Positions 18,950-27,800 of a stretch of DNA of 64,000 nt are shown piece after piece. Under the pieces are notes generated by a model. The model had not been told where the DNA came from. It did not search any database and saw nothing but the letters and a program-made list of their open reading frames with translations. This DNA is from Pirellulales bacterium (GTDB lineage: Bacteria; Planctomycetota; Planctomycetia; Pirellulales; JAEUIK01), in assembly GCA_019636335.1 (NCBI GenBank), contig JAHBXR010000005.1, forward strand, positions 160,197-224,196. The letters are read 5' to 3'. The first letter of the stretch is position 1; every line of letters starts with the position of its first letter. The translations under genes were made by a program, and so were the position numbers.

Positions 18950-21900
18950 CTAACCCGGCGACGGCGTGAAGTCGAGCTTCTGAGCGCAAGTCTTGCTGAG
19001 TGCCTGGCCGAGCAGTGCTTCGGCCGTCAAGGTCTTGTACTCGGTCTTGTTGAAGTTGGCGATCAACCAGAAGATGACGTCGAAGGTAGCGCCGTCCTGC
19101 TGCACGCGTCCTTGCTCGCCCTCGGCGACCTCGAAACCGGTGATGTGATCAATGCCGCGCGAGACGTAGGTGTCGAAGCCCGTGCCTGGGTCGAGGTAAT
19201 CGCCGCTGTCGATGGTTTCGACGCCCTGGGCATTGAAATCGGCGAAGAGATAGTCATCGCCCGGCCCACCTATTAGCCGGTCCTTGCCCGCCCCGCCGAA
19301 GATCAAGTCGGCCAGGTTGCCGCCGGTGAGGGTGTCGTCTCCCAGCCCGCCATCCATGAAGGAATTGGTCTGGGCCAAGTGGCGAATGTGGTCGTTGCCA
19401 TCGAAGCCATAGTATTGCACGCACTCGATCGCGGTATCGACCGTCAGCCGAGCGCCGGACGATTCATTGTCGACTTCCATCTGCGTACCACGTCCCAGGA
19501 CGTCGCGGACGACGAACTTGTCGGCATCGCCGGCGCCACCGCGAATGCGCAAGTCGGGGAAGACCGCGTTGATCGCCACCGACATGTTCTGCGGCGGATC
19601 GTTCGGGTTCGCCTTCGGCGGGATCGCGAGCGATGCGTCGGCCGGCAGATTGGCCACGATAAAGTCGTTGCCGTTGCCGCCGTCGACGAGCACCGTGTTG
19701 CCGGGCCCGATGTTCCGCATGTTGATCGTGACCGAGTCGTCCTCATCCTCGGTGAAGAGGTGTACGCTCTTGGGCAGCGGCGGCGTCCCCGTCGAGGAAA
19801 CGGTAATGGTGTCCTTGCCACCGGCCGTCGACATTTTCAGGTAGTCGATGCCGGCGTACTTGATCAGCTTGACGTCCTCGGCCGAATGAACCGGACCGAG
19901 CAGTGTCTCGATGCGTTCGTTGTTGATGTTGACCACGTCGGCATGGCCACTGCCGGTCGAGACGACGAGACGATCGTCGGCGCCGGTACCGGCCTTGATG
20001 TCGAACAGCGTGGCGTTCGTCGGCAGGCCCATGCGAATCGAGATGCTGTCGTTCCCGGCTTGCGTCTCGAGCGTGATGAACGAGGGGAACGTGCCGACGG
20101 CGGGTTGGATGACGCTGACCGAGTCGTCGCCCCCCTTGGTGTCGATGTTGACGCGGTTCAGCCCGGCATAGCTGACCGTCTTGAGCACATTGGTAATCGC
20201 GCTTTCGGTCATGACGACCTGATCCGCGCTGTCGTTGTGCGTGAAGAGCCGGAGTTCGTTGACGCCGGCGCCACCCACGACATTGAAGCTGGTCGGGCTG
20301 GCGTGACGGCCCAGGTTGAGCGTGACGGTATCGTTGCCGTTCTGCCCGTACACGCCGACCACGCGGGGGAACGACGCGGGGTCCGACGTGTGGGCCGGCG
20401 CGAGGCTCTCGTTGATCGTGAAATGGTCGTGCCCGCCATTGGACACGACGTTCAAGCCGCTGACATTGGCGTAGTTGATCGTCTTCGTGCCGGGCACGAG
20501 CGCCACGACCTGGGCATGGTCGATCGTGATCGTGCTGTTGGCGGCACTGCGCGTGTAGACCGTGAAGGTGTCCCAGTCGGCGTCGACACCGCCGTCGAAC
20601 GACATCGTGGTCGCGATGCCGGCGCGACCGAGGAAGATCTCGACATTGTCCTGCCCCGTTTCGCCGAAGATATCGACCGTCGGAAATGCGCCCGCGGCCG
20701 GCTCGATGACCTTCAACTGATCGTTGCCCGAACCGGCAAACAGGTCCAGGTCGGTGATCGGAATAGCACCCAGATCGCCACGCACATTGATCGTGTCATC
20801 ACCATCCAGCGTGCTGACCGTCATCGTGCCGATCGAAGCATAGCCGATCCGCTGTTGAGCCACGCCGTTACGGGTATGGGCAATGTGCGTGCCCGTCAAC
20901 TCGACGAGGTCCGCCGCGAGGACATTGGCAGGCAACGAACTCGGTCGATAGAGGAGGGAGGTGACGGGCTTCGCGAGGAGACCACCCACGTCGTTGGGCG
21001 CGTTGGCGGCGTCGTTATCCGCCATCGAGAGATCTTCAAGAATGAGGCTCAAGATGGCGGGCGAGGCGGAGTCGATCTTGAAGCCCACGCCACCATTGCC
21101 ATTGCCGACGACGCCGGCGGTGACATCGTTCAACTCGACCGTGGTGCCGGGCGCCAGGAACAGATCGATACCGTTCAGCGAGTTTCCGTTGTATTGTCCC
21201 CCCTCGAACTTGACGGCGCCGAGGATGATCGTGGACAGGAAGCCGTGACCGCCGTTGTCGCTGGCGGTGACCGAGGTGACGGTCAGATCGAGGATGTTCT
21301 CGAAGTGGGCGCCGTCGCCGCCGTTGTTGGAGAGATTTGCATCGGAGACCGTGACCAGGTTCGTATCAACGCCCTTGATCCTCACACCGTACTGGACGTT
21401 CGAAGTGGCGACCGTGTTGTCTAGCCCCGAGTTTCCGATCGAGACGTCGCTGGCGATATCCTCGACGAAGAGGCCCGACTGCTGACGTACGGTCAGCGAC
21501 GCATTCGTATCGCGGAATTTCGCCCCCAGTACGTTCAGCGCACCGCCGATGGCGTAGGCATTGAAGTTCTTTGTGGCCCGCACGCCGTCGCCGGTGCCGT
21601 TGCCGTCGAAGTCGTTGTTGTCGGCCACGGTGCGTGTCAGCGTGACGTTGCCGGCGATATCCTCCAAGAGGATGCCGCCGTCGTCGTTGTTGAGGTAGTT
21701 GCCGTCGGTGTCGGAGAAGGACGCGGCGCCGATGACGACCATGCCGCGTTTGTTGCCCGAGACGAGGGTGAAGTTGTCGACCCTGACGTTGCCGTTGGCG
21801 TCAATCTCGGCGCCATCTCCAAAATTGTTGACGAACGAACCGCCGTCGATCGACACATCGCCCCCGGCGGTGAGCTTCGCACCGTCGCCCCCTAGGTTGT

Positions 21901-24604
21901 TGCTGTAGGAACCGGCGGTGATTGTGGCGTTGCCTGAGACCGTGGCCTGCAAGCCGTACCCGGCCGTATTGTCGTCAACCGTCACACTGTCGATGTCGAG
22001 GGACGCCGACGAAGCGATCACGATACCATTGACGTTCCCGGAGTAGCTGCCGCCGGAGATCGTGATGTTGCTGGTGGGTGAGCTGCTGATATTGAGGCCA
22101 TCGCCCAGTGCATCGGCATCGACGTTGTTGTTGTCGGCGGTGGTGTTCGTGAGCTCGATCGTGCCGGCGATCGCGATCAAGACGATGCCGCCGTCGTTGT
22201 TGTTCGAGTAGTTGCCGTCTGTGTCGGAGAAGGACCCCGCCCCGTTGACCAACAGGCCCGGGTCGTTGCCCTGGGCGGTGACGGAGTTCAACGTCACGGC
22301 GCCGGTAATCGAGAGCAGGTGCAGGCCATCGCCGGTGCCGTTGTCGTCGTCGTCGTTATCGTTGGCCGTGATGTTCGTGCCGGTAAACGATCGGGCACTG
22401 TTCACCAGAATGCCGTGGTCGTTGTTGTCGCTCGCCGTAACGCTGGTGATGGTCACATCGCCGGTGGCGGCACTGGCGGTGAGCTGGATGCCGTGATCGC
22501 CGTTGTCGTTGGCGGTCGTTCCGCCCGTGATCGAGACATCGCCGCTTGAGACATCCAGACGAAGACCGGAGAAGCCGTTACTGTCGTAAGAGCCGGCGGT
22601 AATCGTCGCGTTCCCGGTGACCGTTGCCATGAGGCCATAGCCGTCGCTGTTATTGTCGACCGTCACGCTATCGCTGGTGAGCGACGCAGACGAAGCGATC
22701 AAGATACCGTTGCGGTTGTTCGAGTAGCTACCATCGGTGATCGTGATATCGCTGGTGGCGGAACCGTTGACGGTCAGGCCATCGCCCACGAAATCGGCGT
22801 CGAAGTTGTTGGCGTCGGCGGTGGTGTTGGTGAGCTCGATCGTGCCGGCGATCGCGATCAAGACGATGCCGCCGTCGTCGTTATTCGAGTAGTTGCCATT
22901 CGTGTCGGAGAAGGAACCAGCGCCGTCGACGGTCAAGCCGGTGGCGTTCTCCAGAGCGGTGACGTCATCCAACGTCACAGCGCCGTCGATGGAAAGCAGG
23001 CGCAGGCCGTTGCCGGTGCCGTTGTTGTCGTCGTCGTTGTCGTTGGCGGTGATGCTCGTGCCGCTGAAGAGGGCGGCGGAATTGACGAGGATCCCGTGGT
23101 CGTCGTTGCCGCTGGCCGTGACGCTGGTGATGGTCACGTCGCCGGTAGCGGCGCTAGCCGTGACCTGGATGCCGTGATCGCCATTGGAACTGGCGGTCGC
23201 GCCGCCATTGATCAAGACGTCGCCGGTCGTGACGTTCAGTCGGATACCGTCCGTGCCATTGCCGTTGTAGGAGCCGGCAGTGATCGTGGCATTGCCCGTG
23301 ACCGCCGCGGACAGACCGATGCCGTCACTGTTATTATCTGCGGTCACGCTGGAGCTGCTGAGCGAGGCCGAGGCGCTGATGACGATGCCGTTGCGATTGG
23401 CCGAGTAGCTACCGCCCGAAATCGTGACGTTGCTCGTGGCAGAGGTATTGATGACGAGGCCGTCGCCCACACCATCGGCATCCGTATTGTTATTGTCCGC
23501 CGACGTGTTTGTCAGTTCGATGGCGCCGCCGATCGTGGAGAGCTGGATGCCACCGTCGCGGTTATTCGAATAGGTGCCGTCGGTGTCGGTGAAAGAGGCG
23601 GCCGATGAGATCACGAGCCCCTGCAGGCTTGCGTTCGACGTCACGTTGGTCGCCGTGACATCCCCCACCGTCCCGAGGCTGATGCCGACCTGAAGGCCAT
23701 GACTCGACGCGTTGACATCGCTCAGGTCCACGGCGCCGGTGGCGGAAGTCGTCAGCGACAGACCGCCGCCGCCATTCACACCGGCATTAAAGTTCGACAC
23801 GCCGACCGAATCCGCTCCCGAGACGAGCAGCCCCCAGTCGACGTTCGAGATAGCCTCGGAACTGTCGATCGTGAGCGTGCCGGTCATGGCCGTCAGCGAG
23901 AAGCCGTCGCCAAAATTATTGTTCGACTTGACGCCGTTGATGGTCAGGTTGGCCACCGACGCGGCACTGATGCCATCCTTGGCATTCGTGACGCTCAGGT
24001 CGATGAGTGTCGCATCGTCCGCGGCGACCACCACGCCATCGGCGGTGCCATCGAAAGTGAACTGGAATCCGTCGAGGGTCACGTTCGCATCGCCGATGGT
24101 GACGGCGGCGCCGGCACCTTGCGGCACATAGATCGTGGGGTTGTTCACGGTGTCGCGGGTCGCGAAGCCGGAACCCGCTACGTAGCCCCCCTCGAGCTTG
24201 AGATTGTCGAGTTCATCGCTCGCGTTCATGTCGATGGCAAGATCGTACACCGCCGAGTCGTAGGTTCCCTCTTCGACCTTGATGTGATCGTCGCCGTCGT
24301 CGGTCGTGGCGGCCGCAACCAACGCTGCCTGGATCGAGCGGAAAGGATTCGCCGCGCTGCCGTCGTTCGTGTCAAATCCCGTTGCTTCCGAGACGTGAAA
24401 CACCGCCAGCAGGGCCCGTTCTTCGAGCGGTTCGATCGACATCCTCGCTCGCGCCGTCAACGATGTGGAGAGAAGCTTGCCGAAGGGCGTGCGACGTGGG
24501 CTGCGGTTCGATCGATTGCGACGCGGGAACCAAGGAGCCATGAGTAGACCTTTTCGCGGAGGTTCGTCGTGATGCTGGTCTGGTTGAGCGTGACCCGAAC
24601 GCAC
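18950..24604 (-). CDS. Giant secreted repeat protein: parallel beta-helix repeats, ~227-aa tandem modules, D-rich modules and C-terminal RTX-type Ca-binding nonapeptides
   Basis: 1884-codon ORF with a GTG start at 24604; an alternative ATG at 24541 gives MAPWFPRRNRS. N-terminal basic segment plus IEPLEERALLAV. Many (N/D)-G-rich ~22-aa repeats. GGLGDDTLTGGNLADLIFGGAGKDRLIGGPGDDYLFAD near the C-terminus (~19245-19355). Confidence 0.85.
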   Translation of the reverse strand: MRSGHAQPDQHHDEPPRKGLLMAPWFPRRNRSNRSPRRTPFGKLLSTSLTARARMSIEPLEERALLAVFHVSEATGFDTNDGSAANPFRSIQAALVAAATTDDGDDHIKVEEGTYDSAVYDLAIDMNASDELDNLKLEGGYVAGSGFATRDTVNNPTIYVPQGAGAAVTIGDANVTLDGFQFTFDGTADGVVVAADDATLIDLSVTNAKDGISAASVANLTINGVKSNNNFGDGFSLTAMTGTLTIDSSEAISNVDWGLLVSGADSVGVSNFNAGVNGGGGLSLTTSATGAVDLSDVNASSHGLQVGISLGTVGDVTATNVTSNASLQGLVISSAASFTDTDGTYSNNRDGGIQLSTIGGAIELTNTSADNNNTDADGVGDGLVINTSATSNVTISGGSYSANRNGIVISASASLSSSSVTADNNSDGIGLSAAVTGNATITAGSYNGNGTDGIRLNVTTGDVLINGGATASSNGDHGIQVTASAATGDVTITSVTASGNDDHGILVNSAALFSGTSITANDNDDDNNGTGNGLRLLSIDGAVTLDDVTALENATGLTVDGAGSFSDTNGNYSNNDDGGIVLIAIAGTIELTNTTADANNFDADFVGDGLTVNGSATSDITITDGSYSNNRNGILIASSASLTSDSVTVDNNSDGYGLMATVTGNATITAGSYDSNGFSGLRLDVSSGDVSITGGTTANDNGDHGIQLTASAATGDVTITSVTASDNNDHGILVNSARSFTGTNITANDNDDDDNGTGDGLHLLSITGAVTLNSVTAQGNDPGLLVNGAGSFSDTDGNYSNNNDGGIVLIAIAGTIELTNTTADNNNVDADALGDGLNISSSPTSNITISGGSYSGNVNGIVIASSASLDIDSVTVDDNTAGYGLQATVSGNATITAGSYSNNLGGDGAKLTAGGDVSIDGGSFVNNFGDGAEIDANGNVRVDNFTLVSGNKRGMVVIGAASFSDTDGNYLNNDDGGILLEDIAGNVTLTRTVADNNDFDGNGTGDGVRATKNFNAYAIGGALNVLGAKFRDTNASLTVRQQSGLFVEDIASDVSIGNSGLDNTVATSNVQYGVRIKGVDTNLVTVSDANLSNNGGDGAHFENILDLTVTSVTASDNGGHGFLSTIILGAVKFEGGQYNGNSLNGIDLFLAPGTTVELNDVTAGVVGNGNGGVGFKIDSASPAILSLILEDLSMADNDAANAPNDVGGLLAKPVTSLLYRPSSLPANVLAADLVELTGTHIAHTRNGVAQQRIGYASIGTMTVSTLDGDDTINVRGDLGAIPITDLDLFAGSGNDQLKVIEPAAGAFPTVDIFGETGQDNVEIFLGRAGIATTMSFDGGVDADWDTFTVYTRSAANSTITIDHAQVVALVPGTKTINYANVSGLNVVSNGGHDHFTINESLAPAHTSDPASFPRVVGVYGQNGNDTVTLNLGRHASPTSFNVVGGAGVNELRLFTHNDSADQVVMTESAITNVLKTVSYAGLNRVNIDTKGGDDSVSVIQPAVGTFPSFITLETQAGNDSISIRMGLPTNATLFDIKAGTGADDRLVVSTGSGHADVVNINNERIETLLGPVHSAEDVKLIKYAGIDYLKMSTAGGKDTITVSSTGTPPLPKSVHLFTEDEDDSVTINMRNIGPGNTVLVDGGNGNDFIVANLPADASLAIPPKANPNDPPQNMSVAINAVFPDLRIRGGAGDADKFVVRDVLGRGTQMEVDNESSGARLTVDTAIECVQYYGFDGNDHIRHLAQTNSFMDGGLGDDTLTGGNLADLIFGGAGKDRLIGGPGDDYLFADFNAQGVETIDSGDYLDPGTGFDTYVSRGIDHITGFEVAEGEQGRVQQDGATFDVIFWLIANFNKTEYKTLTAEALLGQALSKTCAQKLDFTPSPG
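21540..23605 (-). repeat. In-frame tandem repeat, about 3.3 copies with periods of ~684, ~681 and ~514 bp, inside the giant beta-helix gene
   Basis: Copies start at SF(S/T)DTDG(N/T)Y, at ~23600, ~22916, ~22235 and ~21721. The antisense track ORFs at 22212 and 22893 are near-identical peptides 681 bp apart. The copies are clearly diverged at the DNA level, not identical. Confidence 0.85.
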
Positions 24605-24884
24605 TCAGGGTCGCTCAATGCGAGAACTGCCCGATCCGGCGTCGCAGCATCCAGGGTGCGCACGATTCGCCGTGATATGGCAGCGGAGACTTGCACGGCG
24701 TTCCATCCCGTGCAACCAACCTGTCAGGGGGGCGGCCTGCCCGAACCGCCATAGTAGTTTGGGCAGATTCAAAGCGTCAACAAATCGGCGCAAAAAAAGC
24801 CGTACAAAACGATTGTGACGACTGAAGCGACTAAGTGTTGGCCGACAAATGCCTTGAACCTGGGTCGTGGAGCAGCCCTTTTGG

Positions 24885-27800
24885 TCAGTCCGGGATCACC
24901 ACACGGAAGGGCTCGGGGGGCGTAATGGCCCCTTCTTTCAGCCGCTCAGCGCTCGTGAATTCGATCGAGTACGTGCGTGCCAGCTTGTCGAGCAACTGGG
25001 CACGAGGCACCCCTTCGAAGCGGAAGCGGTGACGCACCGACCGGTTCGAGTCGAAATACTGGTGCTGCACGGCCACAGGGGGGGGATTCATGGTGACCTT
25101 GACTGGGTCGCGCCCCGTCCCCGACTGCTTGACCGTGACCACCACCTCCGAAACCTCGTCGACTGGATCGCCCACCGCTCCGACTTTGACGTCGAAAGTC
25201 ACCTCGGGCAGCCCGGGGATCGAGCGTTTGTCGAGCGACAGCCCCGGCTGGTTGGCAACATCGGCCACGTAGACTTCGTGGTCGGGCAGGGTGCGCGTGT
25301 ACTTGCACCAGAGGGTGACCTCGGCCTCGGCCGCCTCGGACGGCCAGCGGGGGACTTCGAAGCCAAGTACCGGGACGGGGCGCTGCGGTTCGAAGTACGC
25401 GTCGAAGAACGTGTAGGTCGGCGCGGGCTGCGTCGACGACTTGAACACGGGCGTAATCTCGGCCCACACTTCGGCCGGCCTTGGACTGAACTTCGTTTCG
25501 TCCTGGTTCTGTACCGAAATGAGGAAACGCCGCTCCTCGCCTACTCGAGCAGGCGGCTGATGCGAGCCCAAGAAGATCTCGCGAGGACCTGCCTGGTCGG
25601 GGTTCAGCAGGTTCTCGACGGTTTGTCGAATCTCGTGCCGGTAGCGCTTGTGCTCGAGCTTGCCCACGTCGGTGAGCGTCAACTCGATGGCCTCGCCCCC
25701 CTCGAGCTCTACGCCGGTCTCGCTCGTACTCTTGTTCACGCGGACCGTGTAGGGAGTTTTCTTGCGCGGCGGGGGATCGATGGGGAGGGGCTTGCCGAAG
25801 TCGCCGGGGCCGATTTCCTTGCCGCTGCCGGGAACGACCACGTAGTTGCTCAAGCCGAGCGACTGTTCGAGGCTGTTGAGCAGTTCTTGCGGATTGCTGG
25901 CGCGGTGAAACTCACCCCCCGTTTCGCGGGCGATGCCGCGCAGCACGGGCGCCTCTTCGACATGGAAACCGACGATATCGAGCTTCACCTCCTGCCCGGG
26001 ATGCTGCTGGCGATATTCCTTGAAACGAGCGCTGAGCGTCGCCGCGTCCATACGATCGGCCGGCGGCAGGTCCCGATCTTGATTCTGCTGATCGTTGCCG
26101 TCGGTCAAGACGACGATGCGGCGTTCGGCCGCGGCGCCCCCACCCAGGAAATCTTGTTCGAGCGCCTGCGCGATCGAATAGTACAGGGGCGTGATGCCCC
26201 ACGGTTTGAAGGAGGCATTGAAGAAGAGCTTGCGGATTTCATTCAGCTCGGTCTGCGTGAAATTGCCGATCGGCAGCAGGCGGTCGACGTCGTTGCCGGG
26301 ACGAATGCGTGCCAGTTTCTGCCGATACAAATCGTGGTTCACATCCTGTGGATGAAGTTCCAGGATGGCCGGATTGCGGCGCACCTGCGGGGGCCGGGTA
26401 TCGTTGGGATCTTGGGGCACCCACCCGACTCGGTGACCGTAGATTCGCAGCCCCACGCGATAGAGCCCCGTGCCGGCCAGGCGATCGAGCACGCCTCCCT
26501 TCTCGTCAACGCCCAGGAGAACCTTACGGGCGATATCGAAACGTTGACCATCGGCCGTGGGCTCCGACATGCTCCCCGAGCAATCGAAGACGAACATCAA
26601 TTCGCCCGTCTTGAAGCGCGACCGATTGACGAGCACCGTGGGGGGCACGTACGGGGGTGGTCGAAACTCGACCAGCAGGGGATCGGACAACAGCGGCTCT
26701 TCGCTGAGATGTCCGCGCAGGTAGGCGACGGCCCGCACTCGAGCGCCGCGCAACGAATTCTTGCCAGGCTCGGGCTGGCGAATGGAGTAGTTGAGTTCGT
26801 AGCTGCCATCGGAAGTTGCCGGATTGGCCGCCGTGGGGACCGCCGGTCGGTAATCGGTCGAGTCAAATCCGTTGGCTTCGGGACGAATGAGTTGAAGTCG
26901 GGACGTCTCGACCCCCTCACGTTCCAGATAGACCGCCATCTCGCCCGCCGGAAGCCCGGGTTGCGGCACGACGAGCAACTGGTGCTCGATATCGCCATCG
27001 CCTGGGGCGAGCTCCTCGGCCTGCGGAAACCGCGCGATCTCGCCCGCCGCCACGCGCCGCTCTTCGAGCAGGGCGAGCTCGCCCAAATTCGGCGCATCGC
27101 TCCCGCAGAAGACTTTCATCGCCTGCGCGGCGGCGGCGAGATACTTCGTCGATGCGCGCAGGAAGTAGTCTTCTTCTGGCGCGGGGGAGCCGTAGAAGTC
27201 ATCCATGGCGCGGCGCGCCTGCCAGCGGAACAGGAAGCAACGATCGAACGCCTGCAACGGCAGGTGTGGATCCTTGCGTTGCGCGTCGAGGGCCGGCCCC
27301 AAGGCCGCCACCGTGCGCAGCATGTGGTCGGCCTGGCCGAACCCGGCACGGGCCGTCGAGTTCTTTTGCAACTCGGCATTCTGGCGGAATTTCGCTATGC
27401 CATCGGCCTGCGCCGCCGCGGCGAAGTTGCTCACTCCCTGCAACCCCAGGCCCAACCGCTGACGCAGCAAGGCCCCTTGCCGGGCCAGGTCGGACAGCCG
27501 ATCCGAACCTGCCGTCTCCCAGACGGCGTCTTTATCCGCCGGCAGGGCAGCACGCAACACGGCGATCGCCGGATGGCTTACGTCATCCCATTTCTTGAGG
27601 CGCGTGAGCTGGAGATCTTCGCGCTTCGTTCCCTCGGGCCGCGGCGCCGTGGCGGACTTGTCCTTCTCTTTCCAGGCATGGTTGCGTGTCTCGGAGATCA
27701 GCTTGTAGTTGGCGCGCAGGCTGGCCCGATCTTGGGCATCGACGAGCGGCACCGATAACACCGCGGCAATGCGCCGCAGCTTGTCGGTATCGTTCTTGCC

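Noticed and set aside
21540-23605. Regular ~681-bp periodicity, which could be mistaken for a repeat array such as CRISPR or a satellite.
   Set aside because: The period is far too long for CRISPR. The copies are in frame within one continuous ORF and encode a repeated beta-helix protein module.
24867-27758. Very long plus-strand ORF (963 aa) antisense to the vWA giant. Similar long antisense or out-of-frame ORFs occur at 19379-21424, 6159-8261, 6514-7839, 12024-13511, 37073-39238, 53103-55664, 59545-60831 and 61704-63050.
   Set aside because: Their products are Arg/Gly/Ala/Pro-rich low-complexity strings with no recognisable domains. The opposite strand or another frame encodes proteins with clear family motifs. 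These are the stop-codon-poor shadow ORFs typical of GC-rich DNA.
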